Part shown: piece after piece, positions 19,333 through 29,505 of the stretch
Layout of the letters: the number at the start of each line of letters is the position of its first letter
Position numbering within the stretch: the stretch's first letter is position 1
From: a virus
DNA length: 64,000 nt
Reading direction: 5' to 3' (one strand)
IMG/VR virus record: IMGVR_UViG_3300030108_003783
Span: 1 to 64,000 of that record
Notes under the pieces: model-generated
What the model saw: only the letters and a program-made list of their open reading frames with translations
Told to the model about the DNA's origin: nothing
The model's database searches: none
Program-made: the position numbers and the translations under genes

Positions 19333-20217
19333 ATGAGCGGAAAACCAACAAGACTGTCGGATCAAGAATTAAAAGATCAATTAATTGATAAGGCAAATTT
19401 TCAAGAAAAAACAGAAATAGTAAAAGACAATAAATTTCCAACTGAAATTATTGACTTGCCTTCTAAAGGTATACCATATCCAGAAGATCATCCATTATCT
19501 TCAGGAAAGATTGAAATGAAATATATGACTGCTAAAGAAGAAGATATTTTAACAACTCAATCTTATATTACACAAGGAACTGTATTAGATAAATTATTTA
19601 AAGCATTGATTATTTCTAATGGTGAAGGAAAACAAGTAAAATATAATGATATTTTAGTTGGAGATAAAAATGCAGTAATGATTGCTGCAAGAGTATTAAG
19701 TTATGGTAAAGATTATGCCATATCTATTCCAGACCCATTTAATGCTGGTGAACCTCAAGAAGAAACTATAGATCTTACAAAGATAGATCATTTACCTTTG
19801 CACGAAGAAATTACAAAGTTTCCAAACCACTCAGAGTTTGAATTTGAATTACCAGTATCAAAGAAAAGAGTTACTTTTAAATTAATGACTCATGGTACAG
19901 AGAAAAAAATAGATTACGCTTTAAAGGATTTAAAAAAGCAACAAAAAAGAATTAAAGATGACGTAGACAGAACAATGTCTACAAGATTGAAACATATCAT
20001 CACAGCTGTAGACGGTGAAAAAGATAGAAAAATAATTGATGATTTTGTAGATAATCATATGTTAGCTTTAGATTCTAGAGGCTTTAGAAATTATTTAAAG
20101 TCAGTACAACCAGATGTAGATCTAACCTATCAGTTTATATCCAATGAAACTGGAGATGAAAGGGAGGTGGAGATACCCATTGAAGTGAGCTTTTTTTGGC
20201 CTGACTCCAAAATATAA
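19333..20217 (+). CDS. Baseplate-hub / tail assembly chaperone (T4 gp26-like)
   Basis: LPSKG..Y, MTAKEEDIL, ARVLSYG, FELPVS, C-terminal FFWP; lies between tube and tape measure. Confidence 0.75.
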   Translation: MSGKPTRLSDQELKDQLIDKANFQEKTEIVKDNKFPTEIIDLPSKGIPYPEDHPLSSGKIEMKYMTAKEEDILTTQSYITQGTVLDKLFKALIISNGEGKQVKYNDILVGDKNAVMIAARVLSYGKDYAISIPDPFNAGEPQEETIDLTKIDHLPLHEEITKFPNHSEFEFELPVSKKRVTFKLMTHGTEKKIDYALKDLKKQQKRIKDDVDRTMSTRLKHIITAVDGEKDRKIIDDFVDNHMLALDSRGFRNYLKSVQPDVDLTYQFISNETGDEREVEIPIEVSFFWPDSKI

Positions 20218-20443
20218 ACAAGATTTACATTCAACCATATTTTTATTGCTGTATAAAGTACCAGGCTTTACTCATGACGATTTATACAATATGCCAATCT
20301 GGCTTAGAATATATTATTTAAAAGAATATAAAGAATGGAAAAAAGCTGAAAATGAAAATGCAAGCGGTCAAGAATCTGCAGATCAAGGACAAGAAGCAGC
20401 ATATCAACAGTACTTAAAAACACGTCAAAACAATCCTAGCTAG
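20192..20443 (+). CDS. Frameshift extension of the chaperone (FFGLTPKYKQDLHSTIFLLLYKVPGFTHDDLYNMPIWLRIYY...)
   Basis: The +1 frame opens after TGA 20186-20188, passes through the T7 run 20191-20197, and has no SD-led start. Confidence 0.65.
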   Translation, partial: FFGLTPKYKQDLHSTIFLLLYKVPGFTHDDLYNMPIWLRIYYLKEYKEWKKAENENASGQESADQGQEAAYQQYLKTRQNNPS

Positions 20444-20476
20444 ATATTTATATTAAATTAATAATCTAGCTAGGAG
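20434..20476 (+). promoter_or_regulatory. SD-occluding hairpin with a class B promoter motif in its arm and loop
   Basis: TCCTAGCTAGAT (20434-45) / ATCTAGCTAGGA (20464-75); GATATTTATA at 20443-52; AGGAG at 20472-76. Confidence 0.6.
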
Positions 20477-20484
20477 TTTTGTAA

Positions 20485-20694
20485 ATGAAAGAAAAAAATC
20501 AAATAGACGAAGGTTTATTTAGTAAAACAATAGGCAGAGCTTTATTGTTCTTATCTGGTGCAGGTAAAGATTATAAAAAATTAAAGAAAAATATAAATGA
20601 TCCTGTATACAAAAGAAAGATGAAAGATCTAGAAGACAGTCTAAAAACAGTAGCACAAAAATTTGATGATATAGATAAAATGTACGGAAGATAA
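20485..20694 (+). CDS. Small hypothetical protein before the tape measure gene
   Basis: AGGAG SD, 69 aa. Confidence 0.65.
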   Translation: MKEKNQIDEGLFSKTIGRALLFLSGAGKDYKKLKKNINDPVYKRKMKDLEDSLKTVAQKFDDIDKMYGR

Positions 20695-20700
20695 TAATCT

Positions 20701-23466
20701 ATGGGGCTAAAAGACGAATTAAGAGCTCGGAAAGAGATACTACAAGCAGCAAGAGATGAAGTATCTGTTCAACAACAGAAACTTGATAACTTGATTGCTC
20801 AACTTGGGACTATGGATAAAATGGACCCAAAGTTCCAAGCTATGCAAAATAAAGCAACGGCTATGTCTAATGCCATTGCTGATGCAACAAGAAATGCTAA
20901 TGAATTAGCTAGTGAAGTTGGAAAAACTGAAGATTCTATTTCAAAAGCAGAAGACAGATTGCAATCCTTTTCAGATAAAGTACAAGGCATAGTTTCTAAG
21001 GTTCCTATAATAGGTGAATCATTTGCAAACGGAATACAAACAGCTACTGATAAAGCAAAAATAATGATGGACAGATGGTTGAAAGAAACTGATGGAAGTT
21101 GGAGAAGAACATTTAAAATAATGGGTGCTGTAACTGCTGGTTTATTATTAGGAGGATTATTTGCTGCTTGGAAATTGTTTCAATCTTTATTAAGTACATC
21201 TAATGAAACAATGATGGAATTCTCTACTGCAATGACTGATACTGCAAGAACATTGCAAATGTCTAAAAAAGACGTAAGAGATATTGGAGCTGGAGTTGGA
21301 GACTGGGTTAGATACGGTTCAGGTTGGGCATCAGCTGTGGCACAAATTCGTGATGATATGGGATTCATTCCTAAATTAACAGAAAAAGAAAATAACTTGG
21401 TTGCTAAGCTTGCAACTAATGCAGGATTAGGTGCTGATCAAATAGCAAACATGTACAGACAATCTCAAAACTTAGGAATGGAATTAGATGTATATGTTAA
21501 AAATCAACAAAAGAAAATATTACAATTAAATCAAGAAAATGGAACATTCTTTACACAAGCAGAAATAATAAAAGAAATAGCTGGTGCTTCTGATGAAACA
21601 TTAGCAATGTTTGGTAAACAAAATCAAGAATTAGAAAAGCAAGTTTTAATTGGTAAAAAAATAGGTTTAAATTTAAATCAACAAGCTTCTATAGCAAAAT
21701 CCTTATTAGATATTGAATCTAGTATAGAAGCAGAAATGGAAGCTAGAGTTTTAACAGGAAAAGAAATAAACTTTGATAAAGCAAGAGAATTAGCATTAAA
21801 TGGTGATATCTCTGGAGCTTCCGAAGAGATAATGGGTCAACTAGGTGGAATAGACGAATTCAATAAAATGAATATCGTACAAAAAGAAGCTATTGCAAAA
21901 GCAGCAGGATTAGAAGTTGGTCAATTGCAAAAATCATTAGAAATGCAAGCAGGATTAGCTGATCAAGCTAATGTTGGTGGGGCAGCTGGAGCAGGGGGAG
22001 CAGGAGTAGCAGGAGCTGCAAGTAATGCAGATTTAGCAGCAGCCGATGAAGCAAGAAGAAGAAAGTGGGGAGGAGTTTTAATGCCAATAGCTAAAGCTCT
22101 TAGATCTTTAAGAATTGCAATAGAAGATAAATTATATACATGGTTAACAGGACCAGATGGTTCTGCTTTCATAACTGGAGTTGCAAATTCAATTGGTGAA
22201 GTAGCAAATTGGATTGCAACCGGTACAGCACCTTCATGGTTTACAAAATTTGAAACCGATTATATACAACCTATCAAAACTAAGCTTGAAGAATGGACAG
22301 CATGGATAGCTGAAAACCCGTTAACTTCTATTGGTATAGCTTTAGGTGGTACAGTTGGTATTACCCAATTAGGAGAATACCTAGGAATACTATCAGACAA
22401 AGACAGAGATGGAACATCTAAATCTAGAGCATTATGGGTTAGACAAACAGATGGTGTATTCGGAGATATATTAGGTTCACTTGGTGGAAGAAAAGGTGGA
22501 TTAGGAAGATTTGGAAGAGCATTTAAGAAGGGAGGCTTTAAAGGTTTAGGTAAATCTTTATTTAGAGCATCAGGGTTAAAAGGGATAACAAAAAGTTTAA
22601 AGGGTGGAATAAAATCTTTAAGTGGATTAGCTAGTAAATTAGGGGGATTTTTAAAGAAAAGCTTTGCTAAAAAGAAACCTAAGGTTAAAGCAAAGAAAGG
22701 TGGATTATTTAGTAGAATAGGTGGAGCAATAAAGAAAGGAGTTAGCAAAGCAGTAAAAACTGTTAAGAAAGGTGCTTCAGCAGTAAAGAAAGGAGCATCC
22801 AAAGGTATTCAATTTGTAAAGAAAACTGGATCTAAAATAATATCAGCAGTTAATCCTATACCAAAACTTAAAAAAGGATTAACTAGTAAAGCTGGAGCTT
22901 TCGTAAAGAAAGCAGCTAAAGGAGTTGGAAAGATAGGTGGAAAAGTAGTTAAGGGTGGTTTAGTTGGAGCATTATTTAATGCTGCTGCTTTAGCATCAAT
23001 CTTATCTTCTGATATGCCAGCAATGGATAAAGCAAAAGAAGTTGTAAGAACAGGAGCTGGTATCTTAGGTGGAGCTCTTGGTTCTATAGCTGGTTCAATA
23101 ATTCCAGTAGTTGGTACATTAGGTGGAGGTATTCTTGGAGGTTTAGTTGGAGACTTGATTGGTAGTACACCAGCTATACAAAATGCACTTGCTCCCCCAC
23201 TAGCAGGTTTATTTAAAGGAGAAGAAGTAGAAGACTTTATATTATCAGATAGAGGTTTAATTAAATTTAGAAAAGACGATTTAGTTATAGGTGGAACAAG
23301 ATTAAACGAGGGCTTAGGAACTGGTGATAATAAAGCTTTAGATAGATTAGTAGAATTAATGGAAAAACTAATCAAAGTAACAATTCAAGATAGAGTAATG
23401 TCAGTAGACGGTAAAGAGTTAGCAACAGCTTTAGCTGAAACAGAAAATTATAGAGGGGTAGCATAA
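20701..23466 (+). CDS. Tape measure protein
   Basis: 921 aa, helical and Ala/Gly-rich, LLDIESSIEAEMEARVLTGK; follows the chaperone. Confidence 0.8.
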   Translation: MGLKDELRARKEILQAARDEVSVQQQKLDNLIAQLGTMDKMDPKFQAMQNKATAMSNAIADATRNANELASEVGKTEDSISKAEDRLQSFSDKVQGIVSKVPIIGESFANGIQTATDKAKIMMDRWLKETDGSWRRTFKIMGAVTAGLLLGGLFAAWKLFQSLLSTSNETMMEFSTAMTDTARTLQMSKKDVRDIGAGVGDWVRYGSGWASAVAQIRDDMGFIPKLTEKENNLVAKLATNAGLGADQIANMYRQSQNLGMELDVYVKNQQKKILQLNQENGTFFTQAEIIKEIAGASDETLAMFGKQNQELEKQVLIGKKIGLNLNQQASIAKSLLDIESSIEAEMEARVLTGKEINFDKARELALNGDISGASEEIMGQLGGIDEFNKMNIVQKEAIAKAAGLEVGQLQKSLEMQAGLADQANVGGAAGAGGAGVAGAASNADLAAADEARRRKWGGVLMPIAKALRSLRIAIEDKLYTWLTGPDGSAFITGVANSIGEVANWIATGTAPSWFTKFETDYIQPIKTKLEEWTAWIAENPLTSIGIALGGTVGITQLGEYLGILSDKDRDGTSKSRALWVRQTDGVFGDILGSLGGRKGGLGRFGRAFKKGGFKGLGKSLFRASGLKGITKSLKGGIKSLSGLASKLGGFLKKSFAKKKPKVKAKKGGLFSRIGGAIKKGVSKAVKTVKKGASAVKKGASKGIQFVKKTGSKIISAVNPIPKLKKGLTSKAGAFVKKAAKGVGKIGGKVVKGGLVGALFNAAALASILSSDMPAMDKAKEVVRTGAGILGGALGSIAGSIIPVVGTLGGGILGGLVGDLIGSTPAIQNALAPPLAGLFKGEEVEDFILSDRGLIKFRKDDLVIGGTRLNEGLGTGDNKALDRLVELMEKLIKVTIQDRVMSVDGKELATALAETENYRGVA

Positions 23467-25745
23467 TGCCTATAAATTTAACTGCAAACTTATTAGAATA
23501 TTACAATCAACAAGGTTCAAGCTTGGATGATGGAGCAGGGAATGCATTTTCAACTACACCATTACAATCTTCAGCTGGTTCCTCAACGCTTGGACAAGCT
23601 AATACTATTTTTAGTACAACACCATTAGGAGCAACTAATGCTGCAACAGTAAATAACCCATTTTCTACAACACCATTAGATGGGTCAAATGCTGCTACAA
23701 TAAATAATCCATTTTCTACAACTCCATTGGATGGGTCAAATTCTCCTACAATAAATAATCCATTTTCTACTGCAGCTTTGCCTGCTGGACTGAATATTAA
23801 TGCAATATTAAACCCATTCTCTACAACTGCAATTTCAAATGTAACATCATTAACAAACCCTCCAAACATACCAGCATTTACTCCACCAGTATTTGCAACA
23901 GGAGTACCAGGAACATTAACATTTAATAATGCTTATACGGATCCAAACATTCCACCAACTGTGACAATGAATAATCCAACAGGGTATTTTAATCCAAATG
24001 GAAGCTTATTATCTTTAGGTGAAGGTATACCTCAACCACCTAATGTTATGTCACCTCTGTCTTCTTTAGGTACATCTGGAGAAACTTGGAAAAGCATATC
24101 AGCTGCGGGAACACCATCATATAGAGAAGCAAAGACTTTATCTTTATTGGGACCAAACAAAACTTTAAATGAAACAAACTTCTTAGATATAAATTCAGAA
24201 TATGCAACAGGTTTTACTAAAAACTTTACGCCTGGTATACCATCTAAATACACAGGGATACAAGGTTCTCCTGGTGCATTAACTTATGATAGAAAAGCTG
24301 GTGTAATAGAAGGCTTATATTCAAATACATTTAATTCAACAAATAGATACGAAGGAAGTGAAAAGCTATTTAGTAAATTTCAAGCATTAGATACAGAAGT
24401 ACAAGTTAATCAATTTGTTGGTACAAAAACATTACAGCAATTATATACTCAAACAAATTTCGATAAAATACAAATAAAATTTGATGGAATAGCTGGAAGC
24501 GGTCCTTTAGTTAAAAGAGGAATACAAAATTCATTAGATTTAAATTTTAAATCAACTTCAGCAAAAAGCGGATTAGAACCAACAACTTTGAAAGATGCTG
24601 CTGCAGAACATAAAATTAGATTAGAAGCTGCAATAGAAAATTCAGGGTTCTTAGATAGAAGAAAGGGTAATACTATATTACAATTACAATCAAGATTCCA
24701 ATTGGGATTAGGTATAATTCCGCAATTATTAGCAACAGGTAATTATGAAATAGGAGCTGGTTTTAAAATAAGAGAAGAAGGTTTATTAGATAAATTTCAA
24801 AAACAAGCTTTTATACTTGGTGGAACATTAGCTAAAATACCTCATCATATAATTAATTACAGTGTATTAGAATCTTTAACAATGAAGCATGGCTTTAATA
24901 AAGATGATCAAGGCTTTTACAAAAAAGGTAAACTTGCTTCGCTTCTTGGATTAAAAGAACCTAATAACGATTTAATACCATTTTACTTTGAAGTAATGCA
25001 TAAAAACTTTCCTCATTTCGATGGTAAAGAATTTTCAAATTTAATAACAGATGGTAACGGGATATTAACTTTTAGAGGTACATTAAAAACTATAGGTCAT
25101 TCTATAACTCCTCAATGGTCAAGTAAGAAATATTTTGGAAGACCAGATTCAGTACACACATATTCTGGCTTTTCTCAAAATTTATCTTTTTCTTTTCAAG
25201 TTTATGCTCCATCTGTAAAAGATATGCCAGATATGTATCATAGATTAAATGAATTAATCAATTTAACTAAACCAGGCTGGAATGAAGAAAAATCTTTTAT
25301 GAAAGGTCCAATAACAAAATTAACTATTGGCGACTATATGAATTCCCAACCAGGGTTTATAGCTTCTTTAAGTATATCTCCAGATGAACAAGTTTATTGG
25401 GATATGGGTAAAGATCCAATGAGAGGTTTACCTCAGGTTGCTCAAATAGTACCACAAGGATTAGTAGACAATCTCCTTCCACCTATAATAGGCGGTAATA
25501 GAAAAACAGATAGACCTAAAGTACCAAGAGCATTTAATGTATCAATAACTTATACAATAATAGAAAAAGAAATGCCAAACGCAGATGGACAAGGTTTCTG
25601 GAAGGTTGCTAATCTAGAAGGACCCAACGGAGTTAAGTTACCAGCAGGAGGAAAGAAAGGAAGAGCAACAGATCTTAAAGCTCCAACAAGTACAGATGGA
25701 ATTAACGATTCTGGTAGAAGGTTTATTATAGGAGGTACTATATAA
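23466..25745 (+). CDS. Baseplate / tail-tube-initiator-like structural protein with N-terminal repeats
   Basis: C-terminal W...KYFGRPDSVHTYSGF.QNLSFSF and P.TKLTIGD; gene order. Confidence 0.6.
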   Translation: MPINLTANLLEYYNQQGSSLDDGAGNAFSTTPLQSSAGSSTLGQANTIFSTTPLGATNAATVNNPFSTTPLDGSNAATINNPFSTTPLDGSNSPTINNPFSTAALPAGLNINAILNPFSTTAISNVTSLTNPPNIPAFTPPVFATGVPGTLTFNNAYTDPNIPPTVTMNNPTGYFNPNGSLLSLGEGIPQPPNVMSPLSSLGTSGETWKSISAAGTPSYREAKTLSLLGPNKTLNETNFLDINSEYATGFTKNFTPGIPSKYTGIQGSPGALTYDRKAGVIEGLYSNTFNSTNRYEGSEKLFSKFQALDTEVQVNQFVGTKTLQQLYTQTNFDKIQIKFDGIAGSGPLVKRGIQNSLDLNFKSTSAKSGLEPTTLKDAAAEHKIRLEAAIENSGFLDRRKGNTILQLQSRFQLGLGIIPQLLATGNYEIGAGFKIREEGLLDKFQKQAFILGGTLAKIPHHIINYSVLESLTMKHGFNKDDQGFYKKGKLASLLGLKEPNNDLIPFYFEVMHKNFPHFDGKEFSNLITDGNGILTFRGTLKTIGHSITPQWSSKKYFGRPDSVHTYSGFSQNLSFSFQVYAPSVKDMPDMYHRLNELINLTKPGWNEEKSFMKGPITKLTIGDYMNSQPGFIASLSISPDEQVYWDMGKDPMRGLPQVAQIVPQGLVDNLLPPIIGGNRKTDRPKVPRAFNVSITYTIIEKEMPNADGQGFWKVANLEGPNGVKLPAGGKKGRATDLKAPTSTDGINDSGRRFIIGGTI
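23544..23835 (+). repeat. Coding tandem repeat with ~51-nt unit (PFSTTPLDGSNAATINN)
   Basis: CCATTTTCTAC at 23658, 23709 and 23760; degenerate copies near 23544, 23607 and 23814. Confidence 0.85.
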
Positions 25746-26032
25746 TGAGATATTCTAAATCTAAAATAAAAATAAATAAAGAAACTGGTAATAGATACAC
25801 AGAAACTATAAGTTATCCTACGATACCAATAACTTTAGGTGATTTATATATTCAAGCAAATGAAGGTTTAAGACTAGATCTAATATCCCAACAATATTAT
25901 AATACTCCAAAATATTGGTGGGTAATAGCTTTAGCAAATAATATGGGAAAGGGAACATTATATGTAACAGCAAGTAGTCAATTAAGAATTCCTGCTAACC
26001 CTCAATCATATGAAAATAAAATAAGAGGATAG
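25745..26032 (+). CDS. Small LysM-like baseplate protein (gp53 / tail-X-like)
   Basis: RLDLISQQYY....WWVIALAN....LRIP. Confidence 0.75.
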   Translation: MRYSKSKIKINKETGNRYTETISYPTIPITLGDLYIQANEGLRLDLISQQYYNTPKYWWVIALANNMGKGTLYVTASSQLRIPANPQSYENKIRG

Positions 26033-26039
26033 TTACAAT

Positions 26040-29000
26040 ATGGCTTTTAGAGGTATATCATTAGAACCTATACACAGACACATTCAAATGAGACTGGAGG
26101 AATTAAAAGAGCAGCATTCTTATTTTAATAGAGGTAATATAGGTTTTCACTTTGAGCAAAATTTAAATGTCACTTCTGGTGCTGATGCTTTTTTAAAATT
26201 AAATGAAAAAACGTGTTGGTATTCTTTAAGATCCAATGCAATGTTTCAAAACGATGCAGGAGAATATACAGAACCTTTATATAATAAATTAGGACCCATT
26301 TGGGATAATGCTCAACAAACTACTGTTGAACAACTTTTATCTGGGCCAAACGCTGTAAGAGATTTTCAATTTAGATATGCAAGACAAGATTACGACTTAA
26401 CTCCTCCACCAGGAGTAGAAGCAATAAATATTACGAATAAAGGTACTTTAGGGTCTATTAAAACTGCAGATATAAAATTAAGATGCTTTCATCCGAATGA
26501 TATATTAGATATAGAAAGAGCTTATTTAATGCCAGGAATAACATTATTCTTAGAATGGGGTTGGACTGGTACTACACCTATAGATACCGTTACCTATGAA
26601 AGCTTAAAAGGTAAACCTGCTATAGAATTAGAAAATGAAATTTTAAGAAAAAAACTAGCAATACCATCAGGACCTTTAACGATAACTAATGGTCAACAGC
26701 CTGCAGATGTATTATCTTTAAAACCTGGTCAATATGACGGAATGTTAGGAGTTATAACAAAATTTAATTGGTCTTTAGATTCAGATGGAAGTTACGGAAT
26801 AAATGTATCTATTATATCTCCAAACTCTTTAACAATGGGTGTAGAATTAGAAACTCATCTTTTAAATGCTAAAAAAGCAAGTGGTTTTGTTTGGAGTAGA
26901 AGGAAAAAGAAATATATAGGAGAAAGTGGAAAAGAAGGTGGTCAAGTTGTATCCAAGGTAAATGAGACACCAATTTCAGATCCAGAGTTTATAGCAAGAT
27001 CTATAAAGAAGATACTGTCTTTAGATTCAGAAGACGACTTACCAGCTATTTTACCTAAGTATCCAATGGAATACGATTTAGGACTGGAAAAGAAAAAAGA
27101 CGCAGCTAATGCAAGATTGAATTCTAAAAAGAAATCTGGTAAAGCTTTAATAAAACAATTGGAAAAAGCAATAGCCCAAGCTAAAAAAAGAAAAGCCGAA
27201 TTAATAAAAGCTAATAATGCAATACAAGCAGCAACAAAAGCAATGGGTACTGCTTATGCAACTTTTAATAGAACAGTGAATCCTCTGGGTGTTAATGCTC
27301 CATATATCGTTAGTAACGATTTAGTTTTATTAAAGGGTAAAATCAAAGGAACTCAGACAACTATAGAGCATTGGTATTTTTACGGTCCGTTTAAAGAATA
27401 TGTTGATGTATTCCCATTTAGCACTAGTCCATTATCTGAATTATATGACCCTTCTTCAGAAGCAGACTTTCTCGAGTTAAGTGGTGGAAATTATGCATTA
27501 TTTCAAGATGCAGACGAGGCAGTAATTCATATTGAAGATGAATTAGATTTTATACAAGATAATTTACCTGGAGTAGAAAAAAGATTGGCAAACGCAGAAG
27601 CTAAATTAAAAAGAGATACTGAAAAAGGTGAACAAGAAGTAAAAGCAATAGAAGAACAACAAAATGCTGAAGTTAATGCTAAAGCGCAAATCAATCCTCT
27701 TTCTTCAGATGGATCATTTGTATTACCTGGTGGTAAAGATAAAAAGTTTATTTATCACGCTTCAGATGGAATGGGTTTATTTGCAGATGCTTTTTCAAAA
27801 ACAAAATACAAAAAAGTAAAAAAGAAACAAATATTTTTTAGAAATAGAAATTATTCCTATCTTTATGCAAAACCAGAAGCTCAGTTTCAAAGAAATGGAA
27901 AAGATGTAAGATACTGGTGGCAAACAGATTTTGCTTTTTCAACTTCTAAACAATCAGGTAAACCTTTAACGGAAGGAGCATTATATGCAATTAGAGGATG
28001 GTTTCCTTCACCTGATGGTGAAAACCGAATAACAAAAGATTTTGTAACTTGGAGATTTATTGAAGACGTTGTATTATCTTTTGCACAACCAAGAGAAAAG
28101 AGAGCATTAGGAGACGGTGAAGAAGACGTATTAACAGATCCAGGCTTTCCAGTATTAACATTAAGTTCTACACATGTTTCTGAATATCTAGCAGAAGACG
28201 AGAGTCAAGGGCAAACAACTCTTTTTCCCAATCAATGCGTTAATCATCCTTCTATATTATCAATGGATACAAACGTTTGCTTATTATGGGATAAACAAAG
28301 TCTTGATCACTTAGATTCTTTAGCAGATGTTATGCCATTTACAGCCGCTGCAAATAAATTATTAAATCATAAAAAAGACTATGAAAAAAAATGCGGTGGT
28401 AGATTTGTAGAAGACGTAACTGCAAACGGAGAATCAATTACTACTTTTGGTACTTATGATACAGCAAATATTAGAGATATATTAGTAAACGTAGACCATT
28501 TAATATCAGTTTTAAATTCGCAAAGAACATTTGAAACTATGGTAACAACTTTGTTAAATGATATAAACGATTCATGCGGTAAACCTTGGGATTTTGTTTT
28601 ACAAGCTCATGAAACAGATGCTCATGTTTTAAAGGTTGTAGATAGAAATTGCACAGACAGTGTAGAAAAAGAAAATCCTAATCCTTATATAATTGGTAGA
28701 ACTATTATAGGTGATGCACCGATAAGTCCTTTACCAAAAGATAATATGGTACAAGACGATGAAGCAATTGAAAGTAACAATAAATACGGGTTAAAAGAAG
28801 GCCCAGGTCAACCTCCTGCTGCTTCAGAATTCGATTTTAAATTTCAAAACAACTATTTATTTAAAGGTAAAGGGGTAGGTAATATATTAAAATCAGTTAA
28901 GATGAATTCTAAATTACCAAAGTCTGTCCAAACTATGGCATTTATATCTAATAAAAGACCGCCTTCAAATACTTCAGAAAAGAAAATGAATACTTTTAAT

Positions 29001-29504
29001 ATATATGGAGAAAACATAGTAGATTCATTTTATAGAGGAGCTGTAACAGGTAAAAGGCCTAAAAAGTTTGAGCAACAAGCACAAGATTTATTAGCAACAA
29101 AACAAGAAAACTATAAAAATTATGTAATGGGATATAGATCATTATTCACATTAAAAGAAGCTGCATCAAAAAGCTCTATAAATATAAGACAGATACAAAA
29201 AAATATTATCAATCAATTGATATATCCAAACTTGTCATTGATGAAATCACCACAAACAAAAGCTAATGTTTCTCAAAACCCTAGATTATTACCTTTAGAA
29301 TTGCAATTAGAACTTGATGGTATATCTGGAATCTATCAAGGAAATTCTTTAGCAATGCAAACTATAAGTGATGGAGGAGTTTTACCAGATAGATATAAAG
29401 ATAAAGTTGTATTTCAAATAACAAAAGTTGCACAAAGTATAAGCGATTCTGGTTGGACTACAAGTTTAACATGTTTAATGAGAATGAAACCACTGGAGGA
29501 TTAA
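26040..29504 (+). CDS. Large baseplate hub-like structural protein
   Basis: 1154 aa; YLMPG.TLFLEWGW, YDGMLG.ITKFNWS, LELDGISGIYQGN, WTTSL; gene order. Confidence 0.6.
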   Translation: MAFRGISLEPIHRHIQMRLEELKEQHSYFNRGNIGFHFEQNLNVTSGADAFLKLNEKTCWYSLRSNAMFQNDAGEYTEPLYNKLGPIWDNAQQTTVEQLLSGPNAVRDFQFRYARQDYDLTPPPGVEAINITNKGTLGSIKTADIKLRCFHPNDILDIERAYLMPGITLFLEWGWTGTTPIDTVTYESLKGKPAIELENEILRKKLAIPSGPLTITNGQQPADVLSLKPGQYDGMLGVITKFNWSLDSDGSYGINVSIISPNSLTMGVELETHLLNAKKASGFVWSRRKKKYIGESGKEGGQVVSKVNETPISDPEFIARSIKKILSLDSEDDLPAILPKYPMEYDLGLEKKKDAANARLNSKKKSGKALIKQLEKAIAQAKKRKAELIKANNAIQAATKAMGTAYATFNRTVNPLGVNAPYIVSNDLVLLKGKIKGTQTTIEHWYFYGPFKEYVDVFPFSTSPLSELYDPSSEADFLELSGGNYALFQDADEAVIHIEDELDFIQDNLPGVEKRLANAEAKLKRDTEKGEQEVKAIEEQQNAEVNAKAQINPLSSDGSFVLPGGKDKKFIYHASDGMGLFADAFSKTKYKKVKKKQIFFRNRNYSYLYAKPEAQFQRNGKDVRYWWQTDFAFSTSKQSGKPLTEGALYAIRGWFPSPDGENRITKDFVTWRFIEDVVLSFAQPREKRALGDGEEDVLTDPGFPVLTLSSTHVSEYLAEDESQGQTTLFPNQCVNHPSILSMDTNVCLLWDKQSLDHLDSLADVMPFTAAANKLLNHKKDYEKKCGGRFVEDVTANGESITTFGTYDTANIRDILVNVDHLISVLNSQRTFETMVTTLLNDINDSCGKPWDFVLQAHETDAHVLKVVDRNCTDSVEKENPNPYIIGRTIIGDAPISPLPKDNMVQDDEAIESNNKYGLKEGPGQPPAASEFDFKFQNNYLFKGKGVGNILKSVKMNSKLPKSVQTMAFISNKRPPSNTSEKKMNTFNIYGENIVDSFYRGAVTGKRPKKFEQQAQDLLATKQENYKNYVMGYRSLFTLKEAASKSSINIRQIQKNIINQLIYPNLSLMKSPQTKANVSQNPRLLPLELQLELDGISGIYQGNSLAMQTISDGGVLPDRYKDKVVFQITKVAQSISDSGWTTSLTCLMRMKPLED

Positions 29505-29505
29505 A

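Noticed and set aside
20246-20443. Independent gene starting at TTG 20246
   Set aside because: No SD, and the frame extends upstream to the T7 run; better explained as a frameshift extension
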